A stretch of DNA of 64,000 bases, from positions 32,022,424-32,086,423 of the forward strand of contig NC_092395.1 of assembly GCF_030028105.1 (NCBI RefSeq). The letters run 5' to 3'. Positions 50,118-61,990 of the stretch are shown here, piece by piece; the first letter of the stretch is position 1, and each line of letters starts with the position of its first letter. Both the position numbers and the translations under genes were made by a program. This stretch comes from Mobula birostris. Its lineage: Eukaryota. Under the pieces are notes generated by a model, which had not been told where the DNA came from, did no database searches, and worked only from the letters and a program-made list of their open reading frames with translations.

Positions 50118-50399
50118 AAATGTTCTCCTAATAGAAAGTCAAGTATACTCTACTAATAGAAAACAGCACAAAATGGCAATCCAGTCTCAAACCATCTATA
50201 ATTGTGATTTTGCTAGTTAGAAAAAACAGGATTTCTTCATTTCATATGTTGAATGCATTGAGTTTCATTGTAGAGCAAACATCATTGTAGAAATAAAGGG
50301 TAAAGACGTAGATTCCAAGAATAAGGCCACATGCGAGTGCAAGGAAGTCAATAGAAAAAGCGCAGACACTAGCGTAACTCTAGTACAGGGCTACGGTAG

Positions 50400-51182
50400 G
50401 AAACTTTGTCACATGGTGTGAGCAGAATTATCTGCAGCTTAATGTGAAAAAGACTAAGGAGCTGGTAGTAGACCTGAGGAGAGCTAAGGTACCGGTGACC
50501 CCTGTTTCCATCCAGGGGGTCAGTGTGGACATGGTGGAGGATTACAGATACCTGGGGATACGAATTGACAATAAACTGGACTGGTCAAAGAACACTGAGG
50601 CTGTCTACGAGAAGGGTCAGAGCCGTCTCTATTTACTGAGGAGACTGAGGTCCTTTAACATCTGCCTGAGGATGTTCTACGAGTCTGTGGTGTCCGGTGC
50701 TATCATGTTTGCTGTTGTATGCTGGGGCAGCAGGCTGAGGGTAGCAGACACCAACAGAATCAACAAACTCATTCATAAGGCCAGTGATCTTGTGGGGATG
50801 GAACTGGACTCTCTGACGGTGGTGTCTGAAAAGAGGATGCTGTCCAAGTTGCATGCCATCTTAGACAATGTCTCCCATCCACTACATAATGTACTGGGTG
50901 GGCACAGGAGTACATTCAGCCAGAAACTCATTCCACCGAGATGCAACACAGAGCATCAAAGGAAGTCATTCCTGCCTGTGGCCATCAAACTTTACAGCTC
51001 CTCCTTTGGAGGGTCAGACACCCTGAGCCAATAGGCTGGTCCTGGACTTATTTCCTGGCATAATTTACATATTACTATTTAACTATTTATGGTTTTATTA
51101 CTATTTATTATTTATGGTGCAACTGTAATGAAAACCAATTTCCCCCGGGATCAATAAAGTATGACTATGACTATGACTATGA
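50400..51182 (+). mobile_element. Rex1/Babar-type LINE, 3' fragment
   Basis: KTKELVVDLRR..YRYLGIRIDNKLDW..RLYLLRRLRSF; AATAAA plus (ATGACT)n tail. Confidence 0.85.
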
Positions 51183-53804
51183 ACTCTTACTGGTATAAAG
51201 GATGTAGTCTTTAATAAAATAACATCAAAGTTACAAAACTATTTTAATTCAACGCCATCAAAGATCCTAGAAAGCTTTATGTGTTGAACTCAGTAATTAA
51301 GATCAGATAAGACAATTACTGTTGTAGAATTGTGAAAAACCTGTTGTGATATTTCAGATCTGGCCTGTTCCAGTTGTAAACTGCAAGATAAGTTTGTGTA
51401 CAGACTAACTGATAAGCAAATCCAGTCTGTCACTATACACAGTAAATCTAATATTTAAGAGCTTAATCCAGTGAAAATGTGAAGGGTTTTTCTCTTATAG
51501 AACAGTAGTCTAAGCATGGTATATGGACTATTGCAGGAATAATGGCAAGAGGCTGGGTCACGTGAGCATGGCTGACAAAAAAAAAGCCCTGGAAGGAAAC
51601 CTTCTCACCATTATAATAGATATCACTCAATACAAATGTCAGAGCAGCAGGATTATTTAATTACAGAAAACAAGAGCACAAGGCCTTAATATGCAGAGTT
51701 AAATATGGTATTGGAATCCATAGTCAAATTGTGCCCTAGTAGGAAAACAATTGCCAGGTAAAAACCACAGAAGCCAGGTTTATAGATGGACGAGCATTGT
51801 GAGAAACACCTCCTAAATTGCATCCACTATACTAGTGGTGGTAAAATCAGCCAATATGAAGTTAATGTACAGCATAACATCGTTATGGATATTGTCACAG
51901 CTTCTGATTGCATACAGATATGGCTAGCTACAAGCTCAACAAGGTGTCAGTAGCAAGAAGCACATTGAAGTTAAGAATGTATTCTGGAAAGACTGAAAAC
52001 AGTAGGACAAGTGACATGTATAGTCCTCCATAGTGGTTAAAAGGCAAAATTGTCAATTATATTTGCTGATTATGGGAACAGACCACTTTTCCAAGGTCGA
52101 GAAACTACTGTAAAATTATATTTGATATGTTTAAAGAGGCTTATGGAAGATTTTAAGGGTATATTCGAGGAATCATACATAGACAATACAGGACAGTAAA
52201 CTCACATGTACTAAGCCAAATGCCAAGCTGATCTAGTGTAAACCTAGGCCATCAGAGTATACACTAAAAACTCAGGTAAAAGAAAGGCTGAATAAGCTGG
52301 AACGACAGAAGATATGAGTGAAAGTGTGATGGAAAGAATGGGCAGGTGTACAACAAGCAATATCTTTAGCACACATCTCAAGATTTGTATACTGAAATGA
52401 CAGGAGCTAAGGACCCAACTTAATGTAGACAAGGGAATCTAATACTACTTTACAATCAATACCCACAAGAGATTTTACTCTAAACCAAAAGACCATATGT
52501 GATAAAGTAATCCTTATAAATATTCTAGGTGACAATGAACAAGTTGCTGCAGAGGGCCAGCATTATTTTAGCAATTGGGTTGACATTCGAATTGAAACAA
52601 TAAAGGAAGAGCAAAACATTTGGATATCTGAAGAAGTGTTTAAACTATTTTCATCATCATAATGTCAAGCTTAAAAAAGATCTTTATGCCTCTGGGCAAA
52701 AAGAAGCAATTTATTTAAGTCGACAAATAGATGAAAAGTTACTATAAATCACCTCTTCATTGATGGAAAGTAATTGTGAAAATTTTACCAAGTAATCAAT
52801 AGTATAGAGGCCTCTCTATTTCTTATGAATGCACTTCACATTCACAAAAAATATACCTACAGTTATTTTGCATTAGCCTCATTTTACATGCAAACTTATC
52901 ATTAAACAAAAGAAGATGTGGCTTCTAACAGATGGAAGAAATAGCAAGAAGTATGGAAAACTATAATTACATATAATGCTGCTACATTGTCATATGCAAT
53001 CACAGAATGCTGGGATTTTTGCAGATAACTTTATGGGATTCTTTAAATAAAGTTTGAGTTAAATCTTAATCAATTCACATGTGATTTATCCTTTGTACAA
53101 AAAATATCCAAACACCATCCTTATGCGTAGTTGAGGGTTGTGCAATTCTGGGAAGACAGCTGAGAATGATGTTTTGTTTATTAAATCCATCAGGAGAAAA
53201 ACAAAAGTTTTGATATAATAATTTAATATGACATAATTAATTGCTGAAATATTTCTGATATGCTAACCTACAGATGGAAGTTGATAATCAGAAGCTAACA
53301 AGACTGGAAGTTCATGAAATCCGGGAAAAATAAGTTGAGCTTCGTGTTGGATTAATAACACAGACTTAATGGGCTGAAGGCTTCTTTCAATGTTGTATGA
53401 CTATAATTATTTTATCATATTAGATGTACAAATATTCTATGTTGTATTTAGCCTTACAGTCAGTAATTGTTACCAATTTATGGAATAAAAAGACAAACTA
53501 AAGATTTAGAAATTCAAGGCAAATTCTGAAATTCATCTGTGATTACTTCTGAGAATATTGATGGTGTTCTGTTCCTTTTGATAAATTTTATACTATAGAT
53601 CAGAGACTTAGTAGATTAAATAAATTACTATTCTATTCTCAAAGCTAAAACAAAGTCTATGCCAAAAATGTCTTCCGTAAATATGATTGGTTGTGTATTG
53701 TATCCAACAATAACAGGAGACCTGTGCAGGAAAACTTTTAAAGTGGAAAAGCCATTGCATTGAGGCAATTCCACTCTTGCCCTCGGAAGTCTGGGGCCAG
53801 TGGT

Positions 53805-54200
53805 ACAAGTAGTGATCTCAAACTGGGGTTTTCCCTGTCCAGTCGCTGACCATGACTTCTGTATCTCGTCGTGCCCTTCACTCTCCACGAAGCTTCAGGG
53901 ATCTGCCTTCCTAGCCATTGGATCTCACTTGATCGTATCCACCCAGTCTACTGGTGCTGACTTCACATGCTAGGACAGGCATGTCCCTATCTCACTGGGG
54001 TATGTGTCCTGTTGGTTACCCTCACCTGGTTTATCTCACCTGTTGAAGTAGTGTACTGGATTGTGGGCGCTGTTACATGCAAATAGCTACTTGGAGCCAT
54101 AGGTGAGAGCTGAGTTTTTAGTGGGGCCCAAAGCTGAGTGAACCGCTCCAGAATAGACATGACAAGGCCCTCCACCTGAGGTGCTATCCCTCCCAACACA
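53805..54200 (-). mobile_element. RTE-like element remnant
   Basis: GC-richer block with RTE-like ends; family assignment is tentative. Confidence 0.35.
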
Positions 54201-54547
54201 CCCCATACACCCCTCCATACATTTCATTATTTTGATGAGGATATTAAGAAATGTCAGAGAAGAAATGGAAGATGAAATAGATTAGACCACTGGAATTTCA
54301 GGTGAAAGGTTCATCTAACATAATAGTAATCTTTAAAGTTGAGTAAGTTTGGATTATTAATTAAGTCAATATTCAGAATTTTCAATGAAGATACAGAAGG
54401 GGGTCTAAGAAAAAGAAAACCAATAATGCTGAAGTAAGATGGAGTAGATTAATACTAAATTTGTTTGTTTGTTTGTTTATTTATTTATTTGAGATACAGC
54501 ATGTAATAGGCACTTCTGGCCCTTTGAGCCATATATATATACACACA

Positions 54548-54703
54548 CAAGAAATTCTGCAGATGCAGGAAATCCAAGGCAACAAACTCAAAATGCAGGA
54601 GGACACCGAAGAAGGGTCTTGGCCTGAAAGATCGACTGTTTCCATGGATGCTGCCTGACTTGACCTACTGAGTTTCTCCAGCATTTTGTGTATGTTGCTT
54701 TGA
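54548..54703. mobile_element. Older Penelope-terminus fold-back
   Basis: Inverted partial termini around gaagaagggtcttggcctgaaagatcgact. Confidence 0.6.
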
Positions 54704-57239
54704 ATTTATTTATTACTGGATGGCAAAACATTTGGTATCTGTTTCATACAACATGCCACTGTACATGGTTGAAGACAACATTAGTGATAACTTTACATTA
54801 CAGAGACATGATGGTTAATGAGGTATTGGAGAAACAGGCAAAGAAAGGACAATCAAACATCACCATTAAACCATACTCTCCCATGCTTCTTGTAGATAGA
54901 TAGATATACTTTATTAATCCCGAGGGAAATTGACACACTCCAGACAGAGCCTGATAAATTCCTGAAGAATGCTAACAGTGAAAATTTGGGTTGTGACTAA
55001 GTCTTGTTCAATCCAATTTGAAAAGAAAGCTGAAAGAAATGCAGATCAATCAAAATAACTATTACAATGGTGCAATCTACATGATGGAATTATATGATGA
55101 CCTTCCAGCTACCAAAAATAAAAAGATGGGTTATTGAAAAAAATATAGTCATAGGTTGTTCTAAGAATTATCTTACAAGGATTAGTAAGAGTTTAGAAAA
55201 GTTCACGTAGATCATTTGCTCCTCACTGACAATTCAGAGGTGAATACCAAAGAAGACCATGAGATCAAAGATGTATCTGAAATAAATCCCACAATTGTTC
55301 AAGAAGAGTCAACATGTAATGTTCTCAACAAATAAGACAATATTCTTTAATGTAGACATAGAACATCCTGGTATAATATCTGGTGAAACTGTAAGCTCAA
55401 TATAAGTAATACCACCTCCACTGCAAAGATCACAGAGAGTGTGAACATCTGCACTTTGCAAATTTATAAATTTCATAAATAGGTTAAATCAGTTTTATGT
55501 TTTACTAGGAGTGAAAGCAGTGTAATATTTGTAAATATGTCATAGCATTTTGATGTATTATGAGCATGCTGAGTACATAGAGAATCTGTGAAGAATCCTT
55601 GAATGTAATGCATACACTTTATTTGTCCTTCTTGTTTAATGTATATGTATTTCTACTCTCTTTAATGGACTTCATTAAAGGTTAAAAGCTCCCAATCCAC
55701 CAGTTGTTTTCCCACCACCAGTAGTAGGTGGACTGTATTGTACTTGCCTCTTTGATCTTGAGTAGTGTAATATCTGCAATCCTCCTAACTGTTGGTACCT
55801 GTATATCTAAGAATACTGACAAATTGTGACCAGTTCTTTACTTTGTTCAGTTATCCAGGAAGCACCTCACTTGAAGAGATAGGTACGTGATAATTTAGAA
55901 AAGAGCTTGACAAAATTATACTTATTATAAAATATCTTTTACTATAAAATAGAAGACTGGTTGACTTATTAGATCTATGTTAGCTAAAGCAATGCAAACT
56001 TTTCAATCTTGGTCCCCTCTATTTCCCTGCAGCCTTATAACTAATGTGAATAGCAATTGATTTCCTATGATCTTTTTCCCACCTCAATAGTAAGACATAG
56101 GTTACAGTTACCAGTTAATCTATCAACATGTGAAGGGAAACTGGAATATAGGCAGAAACACACACAAGCGCAACAAGAACATGCAAACTGTACACTAACT
56201 TCTCCTGCTCAAGGTCAGAACTGAACTGATATCTTTGGAGTTCTTTTGACTTTTAGTGGCAGTTGGCAGTCCAACTTAGAGGTGCATTACTGCCACCAAC
56301 TGGACTGGAGTGTGGTGTAGAGAATGAGGAAAAACCCTTCATCACTTTTCAAATGAAAGCAAAACTATCCTAAAGAGCCCTACAGATTGTAAGTAGTGAA
56401 AGACAATACTGTGAATTAAAGGCACTCCCATAACTTAACAGTTTTCTAAATGAAAACTATCAACCCCAAGGATTGTAATGAAGCCTGTATTTGATTTCTT
56501 TCAACTTTATATACTTCACACTGTAATCATATATGTTGAACTGTTTCATAATGATGACAAAACCTTCACAACCCAGAATGATGCTTTCCAACAAGATATA
56601 TGGAATATTTAAGCACAGTATGCCCAATTCTAAGTCAAACCCTGGAGTTCTGAGGCGGCAGCACTATTCAGTGCAGTGCTGCTGTATGACCACATTTTAG
56701 CAGGAAGCCACATTTAGGAGAAAAGGCAATCTACAATAAAATGCGCAGTGAAGATGCAAACAATCTAGAAAAACCTGAGATGTTTCTGGGGAAGACCCAG
56801 GAATTAGTGATCATAATACGGAACTTGTATAGGATGAAGGCTTTGTCTTTGTTCTTCCAGTACACAGGCGGAGGACATCTTGGTTCATTGAAGACCGATA
56901 GTAGTGAGTCGTTCAGAAAACTAAGAGGTGTTATTGGCGTTTGATGATGGTGGGGAGAGCTGTTATCAGTTTAGGGAACCTGACGCCAGGATATTGTTTG
57001 AGATTATGAAGATCCCTGGGGATTTGTCAGACTCTTCGTTCATCAAGATGGGGAGCACAAGTCAATGTTCGACATTGACTATAATGTCATCGGTAAAAGT
57101 AGAAATAAGTACTCAAGGGTAGATCCGTTTACCCTTTCATGATGATTTATGAACATTCTGGGTACACTCTCTAGGGCTAGAAATGCTAAGGCAATGCCAA
57201 TATGTTCCCATGATTTGTGATACTGCATAGTAACAGTAC

Positions 57240-57780
57240 AGCTTTAAACGTGGCGCTAGCTCCTCCTGCTCGATCTCGGAAGGTCTCCGCTTCCTTCCTA
57301 ATACAGGATCTTGGTAATTTCTTCACCCATTGCGCAGAACCGAGTGAGCGAGCGGGGGTAGTGCGATGGGGAGCCGAGAGGATGAATACGACTATTTATT
57401 CAAAGGTGAGAGATTAATAAATGAGCATTTTTCCTTAAACCTATTCATAATTCCTTTTGACCTGGCGTGCGGAAACGACTGTTGTGCACACCGTCTTCGG
57501 ATGCTTTCCCATCAATACTGTACGTTTGTGTTCTAGATGAGCGGCGACTGTGAATTATAAGAACGAATTAGCCGCCCCTGTTCGCTACCGATTTTGCAAA
57601 ATTCTTAAGAGACTTCTAAAAATAAATTTATTCATCAATGTATATGTATTTCCGCTACATATTCAGGCGCCTATCTTTATATTAGCACGGCGATTCAACC
57701 GATGATAGTGGCGTGGGTGGGGTCTGGTGTGTTTCCCTGCCTTTGCGGTTTAATCGAGGGTTCCGCTAATTTATTTTGAA
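57240..57780 (+). promoter_or_regulatory. RAB11 CpG-rich promoter, 5' UTR and start of intron 1
   Basis: Local CpG enrichment around the first exon; ETS-like CGGAAG core. Confidence 0.6.
57366..57405 (+). CDS. RAB11B: Ras-related protein Rab-11, exon 1 (MGSREDEYDYLFK|V); rest of gene lies beyond the window
   Basis: 40-nt coding exon, donor AAG|gtgaga, CpG-rich context. Peptide matches the RAB11 N-terminus. The B paralogue is inferred from linkage to HNRNPM. Confidence 0.85.
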
Positions 57781-59124
57781 ATAATTCCAATAGAGTTGCC
57801 ATTTTCTTTGCTTTAATATACAAGTTTCTAAACACATGTTAATTAGGTCTACATTTTTAACGTTTCAGTACATAAATGGTGGGGGGAGGACCGTGGACTA
57901 TTGTTGGGTTTCATCTCCATTCTTGAAGCGGTGTTGACTGAGATGCTGCCTATTGCAAATCATCAAGGGTCTCTATTTCGTATGCAGCAAGTGTGCATGT
58001 TAACAAAGTGAATTCATCTCCATGTCATCGCTTGAAATTTGATGTAGCTGCTTGACTTGCTGAGTTCCTCTAGCATTTTGTATGCTCTGGGCTGTATCGT
58101 CTTCTTGGTATCATTTTTATTGCTAGACCAAGTTCTAATTGAAAAGATCAAGACCCTGTATTTTTGTTTCTGGTTCCAGACCCAAGACCAGTCTTTCATC
58201 TTCCCCGTCCTTTATCCCCTGCTTGTGAAGTGGACCTTAATGAGCCATCCTGATTAATAGTCCAAGCATAAGTAAATTGAATTGTAAGGTTCGTTTTCAA
58301 ATAGACTGAGGTCTGTGATGTGAATTGTCATATCTGGCTCTAATACACATCCCCAGGACTCTAGCTTGTGGTTTTAAATAAAAGATCAACGGCCAGAATC
58401 TCCATAGCTTCACCATAACCTGCTGAATCTTTACAGTATTTCCTGATTTTATTTACCCTGCAGTGAAATTAATGGAGCATTGTATGGATGAAATGTGGGC
58501 TTAACTGACTTTGGAGCAAAGTGGAATCACTCTCATACAAAACATTCAAGGCTTTGGATCTGACTTTGAAAATCAGTCTCTGTCTGCTTCTCTGTGAAAT
58601 TAGTATAGGAGTGTACACCCTGCTCCATGTTGTGATACTTTTGTGCTTACTTGATCTCACAGGAAAAGAAAACCAAGTATAATATAAAACAGTATGCCAA
58701 TTCACTATTTGCAGTCTTATCTGCCTGGTGATAAAAGTTAAAAATTATCTCCTCTCCCCAAGTATTTTTTTAAATTATCTTGAACTGCTGGTTTGGCTAC
58801 TCAGTAATTCACCTCTTGGAACATTTTGACTATAGCAATGTAAGTTGTCCCATCATAACTGGAAATTGTAATTAAAATATAGAAAATACAAGGTAACATT
58901 TTTTATACTAACAGGTATGTTTTGACATTTAATCAGCAAATTTTACTGGAATTTTGGTTGCGGTGAAGTAAGAATTAATTAAAATCAGTGGCCTCAGTAA
59001 AATTAGGGATCTCTGAAAAACAGCATGAGTTTATATGAGACATTTCTACTGCAAATACTCAGGGAGAAATGTAAGAACTGTGACAAAAATGAGTTTTTTT
59101 ATTGTTCCTAAATTTGCTTAATGA

Positions 59125-59860
59125 TACTAAGTTAGTGCTGGGGAAACATGTTATGAGGAGGAGGTAAAGAATTTATAATGGGATATAGTTTGGTTAAGTG
59201 ATAGGCAAAAATTGGCATATTGAGTATAATATGTGGTAGGAAAATAGAAAACCATAATATTGTCTAAATAGTGAGGGCCGTTGGAATGCTACTGAACAGA
59301 GGGAACTGGATTTCCTCATACTTCAGTGGGAGGAATATTTCATACAGTTTAGGACTCCTTTATTTAAGAAGGGATACACTTGCCTTTTTGGCAATTCCTG
59401 GGATGACATTGTTGTCTTATGAGGAAAAAGTTGAGCAGTTTTGGTCTATAAGACAGTGTTCTTTTTAACCAATCTTATTTAAATATTTAAGACTCTGGCA
59501 TAACAAGATAGATGCTAAGAGAACGTTTCTCCTAAGGTAAGTATTTCCCCTGATGGGCAAGTCTCTAATAGGTTAAGACACACTTAACCTATTTAAGACA
59601 CACACAGACAAGGAAGAAATTCTGTAGAGATCTTTACCTTTGAAATTCTCAAATCTACAGAACTCTGAAAGATAAATAATGGATATATTCAAGACCAAGA
59701 TGGATAGGTATTTGATGCACAGAGAGGTCCAAGCACAATGAGAAACAAACATGAGAGTGAAGTTGAAGCCAAGATTAGAAGTTCAAATCTAATGGATGAG
59801 TGGCCCAAGCCCAATGGGACATATGGCTGACTTATGCTCTTTACTTCTTATGTTCCTATA
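59125..59860 (+). mobile_element. Highly decayed CR1
   Basis: aaatttgct..atgatactaag (KFADDTK-like) and a CR1-like 3' end. Confidence 0.55.
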
Positions 59861-60305
59861 ATAGGAAGTTGTGAAAACAGAAAGTTCAGATGGATGTAAG
59901 ATTACTGCATGGGTTAATATACAGCCAACAGAATTAGGAGAGAACCATTACAAACAGAGTCACAAAATGTTCAAATAACTTTTTTTGTTACACAATATAT
60001 TGACACTTTTTTTGCATTTCCTACTGCTACTTCCCTATATCTACAGAAGGTTCTATAATTCTAAGGTTCTTTTGTAGGATTTTGTTTCACTAAAGTCAGA
60101 GTATTGTAGCATAGAAGCAGGCCATTCAGGTCATCAAGTCTCTACCAGCTTTGTGATTTAATGCAAGAGCAATCCAGTTAGTCCTATACCCACTCCCCTC
60201 TCCCCATCAGCCTTGCAAAGTCTTTCCTTTTAGGTACTATCCAGCACCGTTCTGAAAGCTACAATTGAATTTGACTCCTCTACAACCTTTGACATTGCAT
60301 TGCAC

Positions 60306-61218
60306 ACACATAAAAGTTGCTGGTGAATGCAGCAGGCCAGGCAGCATCTCTAGGAAGAGGTACAGTTGACGTTTTGAGCCGAGACCCTTCGTCAGGACTA
60401 ACTGAAAGAAGATCTAGTAAGAGATTTGAAAGTGGGAGGGGGAGATCCTAAATGATAGGAGAAGACAGGAGGGGGAGGGATGGAGCCAAGAGCTGGACAG
60501 TTGATTGGCAAAAGGGATAGGAGAGGATCATGGGATGGGAGGCCTAGGGAGAAAGAAAGGGGGAAGGAGGAAGCCCAGAGGATGGGCAAGGAGTATAGTG
60601 AGAGGGACAGAGGGAGAAAAAGGAGAGAGAGAAAAAGAATATATATATAATAAATAAATAACATATGGGGTATGAGGGGGAGGTGGGGCATTAACGGAAG
60701 TTAGAGAAGTCAATGTTCGTGCCATCAGGTTGGAGGCTACCTAAACGGAACATAAGGTGTTGTTCCTCCAACCTGAGTGTGGCCTCATCTTTACAGTAGA
60801 GGAGGCCGTGGATAGATATATCAGAATGGGAATGGGACGTGGAATTAAAATGTGTGGCCACTCGGAGATCCTGCTTTCCCTGGCGGACAGAGCGTAGGTG
60901 TTCAGCAAAACGGTCTCCCAGTCTGTGTCGGGTCTCGCCAATATATAGAAGGCTGTATAATAATGGAATAACTGTCCAGCTCTTGGCTCCATCCCTCCCC
61001 CTCCTGTCTTCTCCTATCATTTTGGATCTCCCCCTCCCCCTCCCCCTCCCACTTTCAAATCTCTTACTAGCTCTTCTTTCAGTTAGTCCTGACAAAGGGT
61101 CTCGGCCCGAAACGTCGACTATACCTCTTCCTAGAGATGCTGCCTGGCCTGCTGCGTTCACCAGCAACTTTTATGTGTGTGGCTTGAAATTCCAGCATCT
61201 GCAGATTTCCTGGTGTTT
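60306..61218 (-). mobile_element. Penelope-like element: GIY-YIG endonuclease C-terminus plus terminal repeat, with an inverted terminal repeat at the 5' side and 14-bp TSD
   Basis: LYIGETRHRLGDRFAEH..VATHFN..RLEEQHLMFRLGSLQPDGTN; arms 60306-60502 and 60970-61180; TSD acattgcattgcac at 60292-60305 and 61219-61232. Confidence 0.9.
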
Positions 61219-61990
61219 ACATTGCATTGCACTTTCTTTTGGTTATTTTGTCGTGAATCACCTTTACCCCATGTCACCTGATTGCTTACCCTTTTACCAG
61301 TAATAGTAGTTCATCTATCTACCTGCATGACACTTAAAGTCTAAATATCCCAATTAGATTCTTTCTGAACTTTATTTATTCCAGAAAGAATAATCACATC
61401 TTTTTCAATCTATCCACATAACTGATTTTAGCATCTTTTGATAGCTGAATCAGCATTTTATAAATAATCATCATGCTCTTGTACCTTATTTTAAATAAAG
61501 CCTTGTACCCTATTTATGTTTTTATCTACCTAATCACTTGTAATGAAATATGTACATGTACCTCCAGATCTCTAATATTTTACATATTTTAGAATTGTGC
61601 CCTCTAGTGTATATTACTTTATCCTTGCTTCCAAAATATAACCACTTTTATCAGCGTTACATTTAATCTGTAAACTAACACCTCTGCGCATCTGTCAACA
61701 TCTCCTTCAATTCTATTACTATCCTTCTCACTGAATCAATATTGCAGATAGATGACCAATAGCAGAGCCAACTGGTTCTGAAACAGAGTAAGCAGGTTAC
61801 CTGAAGCGTTATTGAGTCTGGTTGGCTGTATTGTGTCCAGGCAGACAATGAGGTCCTGCTTCCTAGGTTTAAATTGATCTCATAATTCCAGTGCAGAATG
61901 CCGCATACAGATTGGAATAGAATAGGAAATTAAAGGAGTAAGTAATGATGTTTAGAAGTCTATGGTCAGGATCTATGAAATTTAATCTTC

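Noticed and set aside
51200-55650. Possible ancient LTR retrotransposon interior (A-rich plus strand, weak LTR-like similarity between ~48600 and ~55560)
   Set aside because: Too decayed; I could not read diagnostic gag or pol motifs.
57060-57080. Perfect 9-bp inverted repeat AGTCAATGT-TCG-ACATTGACT upstream of RAB11
   Set aside because: Short enough to arise by chance in 64 kb; no supporting context.
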